The notes: a model not told the origin generated them from the letters alone. Positions 19,684-28,871 are shown, counted from the first letter of the stretch. The stretch is DNA of 64,000 nt from Nitrospinaceae bacterium (GCA_023271875.1 JALPWY010000004.1:6074-70073); one strand, 5' to 3'. A program made the numbers and translations.

Positions 19684-20487
19684 TTATTCAGGAAATCTCA
19701 TTGAAAGACCTACATTAACAAAAAAGTCAGTCGCTGGATCATTTAATGATTTCCCAGCAAAAATATCCAGTTGTAGATTGTTTTTAGCAGCCCAAGTAAA
19801 ACCCCAATTAAAACCATGAGAGTTGCTGCCACTATCTATGGGTAAAGAGCCAAAAAACTCTCCATAAAAAATAACTGATTCAGAAACATTAAGTCCCCAT
19901 AGAGTTCCATACTTAAAATCGCCATTAGCATCGTTCCATGTGATACCAAGGCTGTTATCGTTATACATTGAATCTGGTAAAAAATTTGAAAACGAGGGAA
20001 TGAAAGAAAAAAATGGATCCACCGTGTTGGATGAAAATGCGTCCTCTCCTGTGGGGACTGTGAACCCAGCGTTTAGGGTGGTTTTTGGACTAGATTCGGA
20101 TCCCTTTGCTAGAAGAATTTTTGTGCTTAATTCTGCATCGGAAGAACCACTATCGTTTTCTGAACCTATATTTTGGAAGTTGTAGCCATAAAATCCAACC
20201 CTAAGTTCCATCTCTTCCCTAAAACCCATCCTGTATGAGGTATTATTCAGGAATATATGTTTGGATTTAATGTTATTTTCCCTGTCCGTTTCATAAGAGT
20301 AAAAACCTGTCTCAAGCTGAAAATACCCTGGTTGTAATATGTCAACTGAATTTGTCTGTAAAATTCTATCTGTAGAGATGGGTGGAGGCGGCGCCCCTAG
20401 TACGTTATTAGCCCAAATTAAAAAAAGCATCAATGTAAAGGTTTGGGCTGTGAGACAACGGTTATGGATTAAATTCTTGCGAGCCAT
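19684..20487 (-). CDS. outer-membrane beta-barrel protein (transporter-like; family uncertain)
   Basis: 267 aa with a signal peptide ending NNVLGAPPPP, then alternating aromatic/polar beta-strand patterns (GYFQLETGFYSYE, ELRVGFYGYNF, FNWGFTWAA). It lies upstream of glnK-amt on the same strand. Confidence 0.4.
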   Translation of the reverse strand: MARKNLIHNRCLTAQTFTLMLFLIWANNVLGAPPPPISTDRILQTNSVDILQPGYFQLETGFYSYETDRENNIKSKHIFLNNTSYRMGFREEMELRVGFYGYNFQNIGSENDSGSSDAELSTKILLAKGSESSPKTTLNAGFTVPTGEDAFSSNTVDPFFSFIPSFSNFLPDSMYNDNSLGITWNDANGDFKYGTLWGLNVSESVIFYGEFFGSLPIDSGSNSHGFNWGFTWAAKNNLQLDIFAGKSLNDPATDFFVNVGLSMRFPE

Positions 20488-20819
20488 CGAATCTCATTCT
20501 CGTACAAGTTCTCAACGTTCTTAACACCTAACGGATCTAATTTTACATCATTTTTTTATTGTTAACAATTGATCTATTTGGGTTTGTTGTAGGTTTCTAG
20601 TTTAATTAATATAGCAATATTTCCAATTAGCAAAATCGTGAGGGAATCAATTTTTTTTATAGTTTGCTCAATTAATAAACCTTAATGTTGAATTAATAAA
20701 AAGTGAATTTATGAATTTTATTAAGATAAGCCATGATAAAGTTTTTGTTGCTTCTACATTTCACCTATTTAACACTTCTTGCCTAAACATATTTAAAAAA
20801 CTTAAAAGTAGATAGAGAT

Positions 20820-21773
20820 ATGAAGAATAAGATTAAAATCGGAGTAAGCAGTTGTCTATTAGGTGAGGAAGTTCGTTGGAACGGAGGTCACAAAAAGGAT
20901 CGTTACGTCCAAGCGGCTCTAGATAACTATTTTGAGTATGTACCAACTTGCCCGGAGGTGGATGTGGGGATGGGAATCCCCAGGGAAACCGTAGCTCTTT
21001 ATGGGGTCTTAGAAGATCATAAGATGATAAGTAAGAAAAGCCAAACGGATTGGACTTCAAAGATGAACACTTACATGAAAGGTCGTATCAGTACACTTGG
21101 GAAAAATGATCTATGTGGCTATATTTTTAAGAGTAAATCCCCTTCATGTGGCATTGGCAGAGTACCTATTTATTCTAAATTTGGAAGTAGTAAGGTTAGG
21201 TATGGGCCTGGTATGTTTGCCAGCTCATTTATGAAAACCTTGCCGTTAATTCCCGTTGAAGATGAAGGAAGACTGCATGATCCTGTAATTCGGGAAAACT
21301 TTATCGTTCGAGTATTTTGTTTCAATAGACTTCAGACCTTTCTAAAGGAGCGTTTTACAATGGGGGCCTTAGTAAGTTTCCACACCAAGCATAAATTTTT
21401 AATTTTATCTCATAGTAAAAAGCAATATGACGCAATGGGTAAATTGGTTGCTAACGCGAAAAAAATAAAAACAGCGGAACTTAAGACTCGCTATAGTAAA
21501 TTGTTCATGGCAGCGTTGACCTATAAATCTACTTCTAAGAAAAATACAGACGTATTACTTCATATGACGGGATTTTTAAAGAAAATTCTTACTAGGGAGG
21601 AAAAAAAGAATATTTTGTCTGTCATTGAGGACTATCGTAATGAATTACTTCCTCTAGTTGTTCCCGTGACTTTGATTTACCATCAAGTGAAAAAGCACAA
21701 CATCGAATATCTGCTCGACCAGGTATATCTGAATCCACATCCCAAAGAGCTTATGCTCAGGAATCATGTTTGA
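20820..21773 (+). CDS. DUF523 (2-thiouracil desulfurase-like) / DUF1722 fusion protein
   Basis: 317 aa. The N-terminus KIGVSSCLLGEEVRWNGGHKKD....CPEV..G is typical of DUF523. The helical C-terminal half (HTKHKFLILSHS...Y..MG) is typical of DUF1722. Confidence 0.7.
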   Translation: MKNKIKIGVSSCLLGEEVRWNGGHKKDRYVQAALDNYFEYVPTCPEVDVGMGIPRETVALYGVLEDHKMISKKSQTDWTSKMNTYMKGRISTLGKNDLCGYIFKSKSPSCGIGRVPIYSKFGSSKVRYGPGMFASSFMKTLPLIPVEDEGRLHDPVIRENFIVRVFCFNRLQTFLKERFTMGALVSFHTKHKFLILSHSKKQYDAMGKLVANAKKIKTAELKTRYSKLFMAALTYKSTSKKNTDVLLHMTGFLKKILTREEKKNILSVIEDYRNELLPLVVPVTLIYHQVKKHNIEYLLDQVYLNPHPKELMLRNHV

Positions 21774-21828
21774 TATCGCTTGTTCACTTAGAATAAAATC
21801 TTGTTCCTTAATGAGATTGAGTGAGGGT

Positions 21829-23214
21829 TCAGTTACTGGGGGGGCTGTTTGCTATGTTAAAAATTTCCTGAATTTTCTTTTTTCTGAAGTCGAAAATATT
21901 TTCTAGATCTTTTCTGACCCAATGATCCATCAAGCAGTTTCCCAGGATTCCAAAAGGGAGTTTGTATTGGATGTGATCTCTAATTAGAGTGCCCCCGTCT
22001 TTTTCATGAAACTCGTGTTTGTGGTGCCAGTATTTGTAGGGACCGTGGGTTTGAGTGTCGGAAAATTTACTATTGGGTTGCCAGTCAGTAATTTTCGATT
22101 GCCACCATATAGGGATGCCATGCAACCTTAGCCAGTAATTAATTTTTGTCCCCTCTTTAATTTCTTTTGAGGATTGGTTTAATACTTTAAAGTGCAAATA
22201 ATATGGAGTTATTTTTTCTAGATTTTTAGGTTCTTTGAAAAAAACAAATATTTTGTCGATGGGTAAAGGAAGCCAATGCTCGACAATGAGCTCATTCGAG
22301 GAGTTCTTACATAAATCAGTTAAGGAAGACAGGAGATCAGGATATTGAAATTTGAAGCCAGATTCGAGTATTTTGTTTGATGATACTTTTTGACTACCTA
22401 AAAGAAGATCTGCCATTTCCCCTAAAATTATTTTTAAGGCAAACTTAGGTATGGGTAGGATTGCAGGTCTTTTTAAGGCTTGAGCCAAACACTTTGTGAA
22501 CACTTTATTTGTTGTGGATTCGGGACTAACGGCATTGTAAGGCCCTTTGGTACTTTTATTTTCTATAGAGTGGATAATCATATTTACCAAATCCTTGATA
22601 TGAATCCAACTCATCCACTGGTTTCCATCTCCCAGGTTTCCTCCTAATCCAACGCAGAAAGGGGGGAGCATTTTTTTTAATGCTCCCCCGTCGTAACCAA
22701 GCACCATGCCAATTCGAAAAACAATTGTTCTGATGTCGTGATCTTGGGCAATCAAAGCTTCATGTTCCCATTCTTTGCATACATCTGCTAAAAACCCTTT
22801 TCCAGGCTGTAAATCCTCGTAGAGTTCTACTAGTTTGTTGTTTCCATAAAACCCTATCGCAGACGCTGATAAAAAAATTTGTGGTGGATTTCTAAGAGAT
22901 TTTAATGTCGATACTAAATTCTGAGTAGATAGTATTCTGGAGTTGTGAATGGATTTTTTTCTTGATGCAGTCCAGCGTCCACTAGCTATATTCGAGCCCG
23001 CAAGGTGGATGACTGCATTTACGTCACTAAATGCCTGTGAAGAAGGCGGATAAAGTTCGGGTTCCCACCGGTGAATCTCGCAATCGATGGGCAGCCGCCT
23101 TCGCGCATTTTCTAGGTCCCGTGTCAATACCGAAACTTTATGGCCTCTGCTGGCTAATTCGCTCACCAGTTTTTTTCCTACAAACCCCGTTGCTCCGGTA
23201 ATTAGAACTTTCAT
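21829..23214 (-). CDS. TIGR01777-type NAD-dependent epimerase-like protein (YfcH-like) fused to an SRPBCC-like C-terminal domain
   Basis: 461 aa. It starts MKVLITGATGFVGKKLVSEL (Rossmann) and continues with a DUF1731-like segment. An extra ~150-aa C-terminal domain (WQPNSKFSDTQTHGPYKYWHHKHEF) resembles the polyketide cyclase/SRPBCC fold. Confidence 0.6.
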   Translation of the reverse strand: MKVLITGATGFVGKKLVSELASRGHKVSVLTRDLENARRRLPIDCEIHRWEPELYPPSSQAFSDVNAVIHLAGSNIASGRWTASRKKSIHNSRILSTQNLVSTLKSLRNPPQIFLSASAIGFYGNNKLVELYEDLQPGKGFLADVCKEWEHEALIAQDHDIRTIVFRIGMVLGYDGGALKKMLPPFCVGLGGNLGDGNQWMSWIHIKDLVNMIIHSIENKSTKGPYNAVSPESTTNKVFTKCLAQALKRPAILPIPKFALKIILGEMADLLLGSQKVSSNKILESGFKFQYPDLLSSLTDLCKNSSNELIVEHWLPLPIDKIFVFFKEPKNLEKITPYYLHFKVLNQSSKEIKEGTKINYWLRLHGIPIWWQSKITDWQPNSKFSDTQTHGPYKYWHHKHEFHEKDGGTLIRDHIQYKLPFGILGNCLMDHWVRKDLENIFDFRKKKIQEIFNIANSPPSN

Positions 23215-23390
23215 TGATTGTTTTCTTTCAGGTCTTAACTTTGTTGTTCACTTAGAATGATCAATAATTTTGTTGGCAATAAATTGTCGACACCCACTTA
23301 CTCTTTACAGACAAAAACGATGAGCTAAAGCTTCCCTTTTTTTTCTAAAGTTTTTCTAAGGGTAACTTTTGCAAGCCATTTTCATCAAGA

Positions 23391-23903
23391 TTATTCCGGA
23401 GGTTTTGCGGGAGGTTCGACCTTGGCGAAGAAGATACCTTTATGAGAAATACGCAAGGTGTATTTGTTTCCTATTTTTTTTGCAGTTAATGCCTTAAATA
23501 ATGGAAACCGCCATTCAGCTATGTCTCCAGGTCGGTGCGGGTTGCCCTTTGTGATTACCCCTCCTCGATGTGGGTTGTTGACCAAGCTCAAAATCAGAGG
23601 ATTTCCTTCTTCGTCTTCTGAGACATGGTATACCCAAGCGTAAATTTTATCGATTGTAAGAGTTGATTGATTCTTGATACGGAAAATAATATGGTCAAAT
23701 TCAGGAGCTACTTTGTAGTCATTAGCATAGGCGATAAAACCTAAGTCATTGAACTCTTCTTCAGCGGGAGGTGCTTGCGTAAAACCGATACTGACAAACA
23801 TTAAATTAAGAACGATTGGCAGACAGAGAAACTTGAAGGTGATTTTTATCCCAAACCCCATAACTTTTTGTGTGATTAAACTCACTTGATTTATAATTTT
23901 CAC
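23391..23903 (-). CDS. hypothetical exported/membrane-anchored protein
   Basis: 170-aa ORF with an N-terminal hydrophobic segment (FKFLCLPIVLNLMFVSIGF). I recognise no domain. Confidence 0.5.
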   Translation of the reverse strand: MKIINQVSLITQKVMGFGIKITFKFLCLPIVLNLMFVSIGFTQAPPAEEEFNDLGFIAYANDYKVAPEFDHIIFRIKNQSTLTIDKIYAWVYHVSEDEEGNPLILSLVNNPHRGGVITKGNPHRPGDIAEWRFPLFKALTAKKIGNKYTLRISHKGIFFAKVEPPAKPPE

Positions 23904-23969
23904 ATATAGTATCCACTGATTTGGTTTTGTTGGTCAACAGGGGATTTGTTGATTTAGAGATATTGAAAA

Positions 23970-24113
23970 ATGGTCGACTCAAAACAGTTTGAACCCGAAG
24001 AAAATGAGCGTCGTGAGAAAATTAATCGGCGACTGGTCATCTTCGGCATCTTGGTAGTGTTTTTGTCATTCGCTTGGCATGTTGGTTCCGCATTTATTTT
24101 TGGAGAAAAATAA
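23970..24113 (+). CDS. possible small membrane protein (47 aa)
   Basis: Reads MVDSKQFEPEENERREKINRRLVIFGILVVFLSFAWHVGSAFIFGEK, a charged N-terminus plus one TM helix. It is below the ORF-track cutoff and has no clear SD. Confidence 0.25.
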   Translation: MVDSKQFEPEENERREKINRRLVIFGILVVFLSFAWHVGSAFIFGEK

Positions 24114-24179
24114 ATGTATCTTCAATACAGCACTTTAGTATTATCGAGCAGAAAAATAACCGGATGTTTTGAAGATTTT

Positions 24180-24662
24180 TTAGTGGTGATGACCGCCTTC
24201 ACCATGGGCATGGCCGTGCTTTAATTCCTCAGGCGTAGCGTCTCTAATCTTCATGATTTCTACAGAAAATTGAAGAGTTTGTCCCGCTAACGGATGATTG
24301 CCATCGACGTGTACCTTGTCTTCCTTTATCTCGACCACGTTGAACGGATGTTTTTTCCCATCACTGAGTTCGGCCATAAACTGCATTCCTGGAGCGATTT
24401 TCTGATCAGCCGGAAAGGCCTTACGCTCTACTTCCATTTTAAGGTCAGTCAAGATTTCTCCATATCCATCTTCTGGTTCTACGGTTACTTCTTTTTTATC
24501 TCCAATTTTTAGCCCTTCTAGAGCATTTTCTAAACCCGGGACAATACTTCCGCCACCGTGGAGGTAATCCAACGGTTTGTCCGTGTCAGCCCGATCCAGT
24601 TCTTCACCTTTTGTGTTCTTTAAGCAGTAGCTCATGCTAACAACTTTATTTTTTTTGATCAC
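24180..24662 (-). CDS. slyD: FKBP-type peptidyl-prolyl cis-trans isomerase SlyD with a His-rich metal-binding tail
   Basis: 160 aa with the FKBP core (V.M.Y.L....GE..D......PL.YLHG....VPGLE.AL.G), an IF-domain insertion, and the C-terminus HGHAHGEGGHHH. Confidence 0.9.
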   Translation of the reverse strand: MIKKNKVVSMSYCLKNTKGEELDRADTDKPLDYLHGGGSIVPGLENALEGLKIGDKKEVTVEPEDGYGEILTDLKMEVERKAFPADQKIAPGMQFMAELSDGKKHPFNVVEIKEDKVHVDGNHPLAGQTLQFSVEIMKIRDATPEELKHGHAHGEGGHHH

Positions 24663-24935
24663 AATGCTTCCTTATCTTTTTTAGTGTCAGTATGAAATTC
24701 TTAAAAATAATATGGGGGTCGTCGTATGGTCTGGGAAAATATCGAGGAAACAAAAAACATACTACATTATTTATCCGAAGCTCACAATTATTTTCGTCTG
24801 CAATTTTTCTTTTCTCGAATAAAGTGTTGGGTGCATTTTTCTTTCTCAGAGAGATTCTCCCTGAGCAAAATTTCTTGATTGATTGATGGGATCAAAGGTA
24901 TATTGAGAAAATCATTAATATAAATGGAGTTTTTT

Positions 24936-25076
24936 ATGAAAACAGTAATGGTTTTTATGGTTGCCCTGTCTTTGTTTGTGACACTGGGTTGTAATTACGA
25001 CTACGGTAAATACGGAAAAGACAAGACAGAGTCAAAGTCAGAACAAAAAAATGAAGATGGAGCGCCTTCTAACTAA
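24936..25076 (+). CDS. small lipoprotein (46 aa)
   Basis: A GGAG SD sits 7 nt upstream of the ATG. The product MKTVMVFMVALSLFVTLGCNYDYGKYGKDKTESKSEQKNEDGAPSN has a lipobox (LGC). It is below the ORF-track cutoff. Confidence 0.5.
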   Translation: MKTVMVFMVALSLFVTLGCNYDYGKYGKDKTESKSEQKNEDGAPSN

Positions 25077-25318
25077 GCAAAAAAAAACTAGAGGAGGTTG
25101 CTTTAGGTGTAGATTTTTTTTGTTTACTTGGTTTCACTCTTAAACTGTGTGTTGATTGAGGTAGTAACTTTCTCCATGCTGCTCATAATCAACGTTGGGC
25201 TTGGTCTCTCAAAATAGTTTTAGTCTTCTCCACAGTTGTAGCCGCTTCTTCCGCTCTTTTCACTTGGCATTTTGAGGTAACCGATTAGTTTAGTTTTTTT
25301 TTTGAATTTGGATTTTGA

Positions 25319-25666
25319 TCAAAGAATTTCTAAAATTTGTTCTGGGGGACGTCCGATAGCAGCTTTTTCGTTTGCTAGTACTATTGGGCGTTCAATTAGA
25401 ACAGGGTACTTGATCATAAATTCGATCAAATCATCACCAGACAGAGATGGGTTGTCCAGATTGTGTTCGGTGTAGGCGTACTCTTTCTTACGCATCAAAT
25501 CTCGAGGTGCATAGCCCAATTTTTTTAGAATTTCTTTGATTTTTTCTGCAGTGGGAGGAATTTTAAGGTATTCATTGATAGAAGGTTTGATACCTTGTTT
25601 GACTAATAGCTCTAAAGTTTGTCTGGATTTAGAGCATTTTGGATTGTGATAAATAGTAATGGACAT
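25319..25666 (-). CDS. arsC: ArsC-family (glutaredoxin-type arsenate reductase / Spx-fold) protein
   Basis: 115 aa: MSITIYHNPKCSKSRQTLELL...GI......YL..P......I..IL, typical of the ArsC/YffB family. Confidence 0.85.
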   Translation of the reverse strand: MSITIYHNPKCSKSRQTLELLVKQGIKPSINEYLKIPPTAEKIKEILKKLGYAPRDLMRKKEYAYTEHNLDNPSLSGDDLIEFMIKYPVLIERPIVLANEKAAIGRPPEQILEIL

Positions 25667-25825
25667 GACTTAAAGTCTATAGAATAAAAATTGTTTAGTC
25701 TTTAGTGGTAAATTATTTTAGCATGTTTTGATAATTTTCCTTTTCACTTCGTTGAAAAAATAGAAAAGGGCGGCAGGTTGTTTTCCGAATACTATTACCC
25801 AGAAGAGAAAGCTTAGGAAAAGGCT

Positions 25826-26911
25826 ATGAAGAATTTTGTTTCAATTTTTATTACTTCTACGCTACTCATCATCTGTTTTTCCTCTTATTCATTCGGTATC
25901 GATTTAGTTAAAAAATTATTAGAGTTTGGTAGTTGTCCCAATTGTATTCTCAGTGGAGCGGATTTAAAAAGAGCGTACTTGAAATGGGCAGACCTAAGCG
26001 GGGCAGATTTAAGTCGATCAGACTTGAGTGGAGCAAACCTTGCCGAATCACAACTAGCCAATGTGAACTTGAATAACGCGATCATAGTCAGTGCTAATTT
26101 GAATGAGGCAAATCTAAGCGGAGCAAACATGAGCAGGGCGGATTTGCGAAACGCAAGCCTCAAGTCTGCATATCTCAGCAAGGCAGATCTAAGCGGAGCA
26201 AATTTAAGCGGAGCAAACTTTAGTGGGGCAGACTTGCGAGATGTAAATCTAAAGTGGGCGAATCTTAGTGGGACAAAATTTAGTAATGCTGATATTACAA
26301 ATGCTAAGCTTATAAAGGAAAGTCTGAATGTCTCCCTTTTGTGTAAGACAAAGACTTCATGGGGTGAAGATAACTCTGGTTGTAAATCGTCTGGAGGTGA
26401 TGACTTAAAAAAACTGATAGCGTTGGGCCGTTGTCCTAAATGTGTTCTACGTGGGATTAATCTCAGTGGAGTAAACCTTAGATCAGCGGATCTTAGTGAA
26501 GCAGATCTGAGCGGCGCAAATTTGTATAAGGCAGATCTAAAAGATGCAATCTTAACTGGTGCCAACCTTTCCAATGGGAAAGTAATGGGTGCAAATCTGA
26601 GTAGAGTAAACTTGAATGGGGCAGATTTGCGAGGAGCTAATTTGAGCGGATCTGACTTGCAATACGCAAAGCTTAAACGGGCCAACTTGAATGGAACAAA
26701 CTTAAATGGTGCAGACCTGCGAAAAGCAAATTTTTTTGGGGCGGATTTGCGGAATGCAAAACTTGAATGGACAAAATTAAGGGGAGCGAACTTAATCGAG
26801 GCGAATCTTACCGACGCGGTGATTAAGTTTGAGATTAACGAAAATCTCGATATAGCAATTTTGTGTAAAACACAAACCTCTTCAGGTGAGCAGAACTCTG
26901 ATTGTAAATAA
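25826..26911 (+). CDS. secreted pentapeptide-repeat protein with an internal two-module duplication
   Basis: 361 aa with a signal peptide and long runs of A(D/N)L.G pentapeptides. Each of the two halves opens with L..(F/L)G.CP.C.L.G..L and closes with LCKT(K/Q)TS.GE(D/Q)NS.CK. Confidence 0.9.
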   Translation: MKNFVSIFITSTLLIICFSSYSFGIDLVKKLLEFGSCPNCILSGADLKRAYLKWADLSGADLSRSDLSGANLAESQLANVNLNNAIIVSANLNEANLSGANMSRADLRNASLKSAYLSKADLSGANLSGANFSGADLRDVNLKWANLSGTKFSNADITNAKLIKESLNVSLLCKTKTSWGEDNSGCKSSGGDDLKKLIALGRCPKCVLRGINLSGVNLRSADLSEADLSGANLYKADLKDAILTGANLSNGKVMGANLSRVNLNGADLRGANLSGSDLQYAKLKRANLNGTNLNGADLRKANFFGADLRNAKLEWTKLRGANLIEANLTDAVIKFEINENLDIAILCKTQTSSGEQNSDCK

Positions 26912-26939
26912 AGAAAAAAATAAATTGGACTTATGCGTG

Positions 26940-26972
26940 TAGAGCAGGAGGCAAGACTCGAATCCGCAAGAG
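26940..26972. repeat. degenerate third copy of the tRNA-Gly 3-prime segment (old att remnant)
   Basis: TAGAGCAGGAGGCAAGACTCGAATCCGCAAGAG aligns to TGGAGCGGGAGACGGGACTCGAACCCGCGACAT of the tRNA-Gly gene. I count about 24 of 33 identical by eye. The T-stem pairing is no longer maintained. Confidence 0.45.
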
Positions 26973-26984
26973 GTGTTGCGGACT

Positions 26985-27226
26985 TTTTAAAGGTGTGAGC
27001 CCCTCCTTCAAACCTAATCAGGAGTTAAAAAGATTTTCCAGAGGGACACACGGAGGTGTTGATGGTAACCAAATAACAAAGTTCCTGTCTTTGACAGTAC
27101 TGATGAAAACAACCTTTGTTACTAGTCGGCGCATATTAGCAAATCAATATTAATCAAAAATTAAATATTAATTAATTGTCACTAATTAAGTTTGAGTAAT
27201 TAAATTTTCTTAATTTAAAGGAGTAG
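26985..27226. repeat. ~240-bp non-coding module, copy 1 (hairpin + AT-rich palindromes + SD)
   Basis: It aligns along its length with 28872..29109. The last 58 nt (27169..27226, TAATTAATTGTCACTAATTAAGTTTGAGTAATTAAATTTTCTTAATTTAAAGGAGTAG) differ from copy 2 at only 2 positions. Confidence 0.7.
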
Positions 27227-27230
27227 CTAG

Positions 27231-27392
27231 TTGAACCCAGGAGTTGACCCGATGATGATTGCAGTTTTTTGGGGCACGCATCCTTGAATATGCTTCTAAA
27301 AAGATACGGGCATTTTACGGATCAAACGAGGAGAGGAGCGATTTTATAATTCGCCAAGGATGCACAAATGGTGCACAAGCCCAAAGTGGGAC
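27231..27392 (+). pseudogene. tyrosine-recombinase C-terminal remnant (frameshifted)
   Basis: It reads LNPGVDPMMIAVF, then after a frameshift LGHASLNMLLKRYGHFTDQTRRGAIL*. This parallels the C-terminus of 35042..35329 (LLNSGVDPLMIASFMGHASLDMLLKRYGHFTDETRREAIL). Confidence 0.6.
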
Positions 27393-27412
27393 TTTATAAG
27401 TTATTAAAAAAA

Positions 27413-27455
27413 AGCGGGAGACGGGGCTCGAACCCGCGACATTCAGCTTGGGAAG
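27413..27455. repeat. att direct repeat: 43-bp copy of the tRNA-Gly(CCC) 3-prime part
   Basis: AGCGGGAGACGGGGCTCGAACCCGCGACATTCAGCTTGGGAAG equals 35367..35409 with one mismatch (27426). It covers the anticodon loop to the acceptor stem and lacks CCA. Confidence 0.85.
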
Positions 27456-27549
27456 ATGAATACCGATACGAAAACTATCCAACTTTACAATAGGTTGCAA
27501 TAAATTTAAAGGTTCCAAAAGGTATGCAAATGGTATGCAAAACATAGCA

Positions 27550-28149
27550 TTACGATTTAGATTTTTTATGCTTCTTTATGAACCCCACCTTCCGCTTTTT
27601 TGGCTTGGTGGGGTTTTTAGTTTTCTCACGCCCTTTGGCATGACGCTCTTTGCTTTCTATTTTTGCCTCTCCCAATTCCTTGAACAAAGCGTTGATGTAA
27701 TGACTTTGTGTCATGACCTGTTTTTGTAAATTCTTAATCAGCTCCTCTTGAACGGCTATTATCTTTTCTTTATCCTCAATTTGCTTCAAAAGGGGGTCTG
27801 TGACTGATGATACTGCTTGATTCTTTTGAATAGATTCTGGAGCATCTGAGGAGCTTAAAAGCGATTGTGGGTGAGCATCAAGATAGTTCCCAATGGTAAT
27901 TATATTGTCCCTTGAGGGCTGATTTTGACCAGAAAGGTATCTACTGATGACAGAGGGGGCTATATTTGTGCCTTTTGCCAAGTCTACAGCTTTAAGGCGT
28001 TTCTCAAACATTATCCTTCTTAAAATTTCGGCAAAATTGGACACGGCTTTTAATTGTTTCCTAAGTGTAACTTTATGGTATAATATTGCATATAAGAAAC
28101 TATCATATCTCATGAAATTATACCATTGGGAGGCAATCAAACGAACCAA
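27550..28149 (-). CDS. XRE-family helix-turn-helix transcriptional regulator (phage-repressor-like)
   Basis: 199-aa ORF with HTH FAEILRRIMFEKRLKAVDLAKGTNIAPSVISRYLSGQNQPSRDNIITIGNYL. It has a coiled-coil middle and a Lys-rich tail. The true start is probably an internal Met. Confidence 0.75.
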   Translation of the reverse strand: MVRLIASQWYNFMRYDSFLYAILYHKVTLRKQLKAVSNFAEILRRIMFEKRLKAVDLAKGTNIAPSVISRYLSGQNQPSRDNIITIGNYLDAHPQSLLSSSDAPESIQKNQAVSSVTDPLLKQIEDKEKIIAVQEELIKNLQKQVMTQSHYINALFKELGEAKIESKERHAKGREKTKNPTKPKKRKVGFIKKHKKSKS

Positions 28150-28205
28150 ATTTTAGCCGTAGCGATCTTATTGGAATAACAGGTTGCAGTTATACCCAAC
28201 CGTAT

Positions 28206-28388
28206 GTGACTAACATTTCACCTGCGGGGAAGAACGGAATCTTAGTGGAGAAATGTAAAATTCAGATGAACCAATTAACCACGCAGATTTCTGATTCGAG
28301 TTGCAACACAAGTTATGTTTGGTTGGGTAGTGAAGTTGGCAAAGCAATAGCTGAAGAAGGCAACAACAACGTGATCACGATTAAGTAG
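28206..28388 (+). CDS. hypothetical small protein divergent from the repressor
   Basis: 60-aa track ORF with a GTG start; an internal ATG would give 40 aa. I see no motif. The position is that of an early/cro-like gene. Confidence 0.25.
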   Translation: MTNISPAGKNGILVEKCKIQMNQLTTQISDSSCNTSYVWLGSEVGKAIAEEGNNNVITIK

Positions 28389-28438
28389 CCAAGTAGCAAA
28401 GTTGTAGTTAAGATTGAAATAGAAGTTTAACTAAATAT

Positions 28439-28476
28439 AAAAGCCGATTAATTCCTTCGGGAGTTTTTCGGCTTTT
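28439..28476 (+). terminator. rho-independent terminator-like hairpin
   Basis: AAAAGCCGA-(loop containing CCTTCGGG)-TCGGCTTTT forms a 9-bp perfect stem ending in a T run. It lies between 28206..28388 and the peptidase gene. Confidence 0.5.
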
Positions 28477-28483
28477 GTCGTTT

Positions 28484-28870
28484 ATGGGTGATTTAAGTAA
28501 AAACTTTTCACGGCTCGAAGTCCAATGCCCTTGTGGGTGTGGGGCTAACCTGATCAATCCTTTCCTCATTGAGAAATTGCAAAAGGTCAGAAACATCATT
28601 GGCAGACCCATAATCATCACCAGTGGAGTGTGTTGCGAATTTTACAACATAAGTATTAAGGCAAGCATGAACTCTAGCCATATTCCTGACTCATATGCGA
28701 TGGGAAATGCTGTGGACATAGCTTGTACAAATAGCAAAGACAGATACGAATTGGTTGAACTTTTACAAAAGTTTTTCAAAAGGATCGGTATATGGGGAGG
28801 TTCATACGGGGGGTTTGTTCATTTGGATGTAGATCGGTCAATGGTTCAAGAAGTGATGTGGCTTTATTGA
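28484..28870 (+). CDS. peptidase M15A-family (zinc D-Ala-D-Ala carboxypeptidase / phage endolysin-like) protein
   Basis: The track ORF starts at TTG 28475; I prefer ATG 28484. FSRLEVQCPCGCG, a H....D pattern (SSHIPDSYAMGNAVDI) and FVHLDV fit the M15A (Peptidase_M15_3) zinc-ligand layout. Confidence 0.65.
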   Translation: MGDLSKNFSRLEVQCPCGCGANLINPFLIEKLQKVRNIIGRPIIITSGVCCEFYNISIKASMNSSHIPDSYAMGNAVDIACTNSKDRYELVELLQKFFKRIGIWGGSYGGFVHLDVDRSMVQEVMWLY

Positions 28871-28871
28871 A

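Noticed and set aside
25885-26685. 266-aa minus-strand ORF inside the pentapeptide-repeat gene
   Set aside because: Its product is monotonous (SAPLKFAPLRSA...). It is the antisense reading of the A(D/N)LSG repeat. The plus-strand frame has a signal peptide and a coherent two-module architecture.
27315-27545. 76-aa minus-strand ORF across the integrase stub and the att repeat
   Set aside because: It spans a tRNA-fragment repeat and a recombinase pseudogene read in antisense. It has no SD and no recognisable motif.
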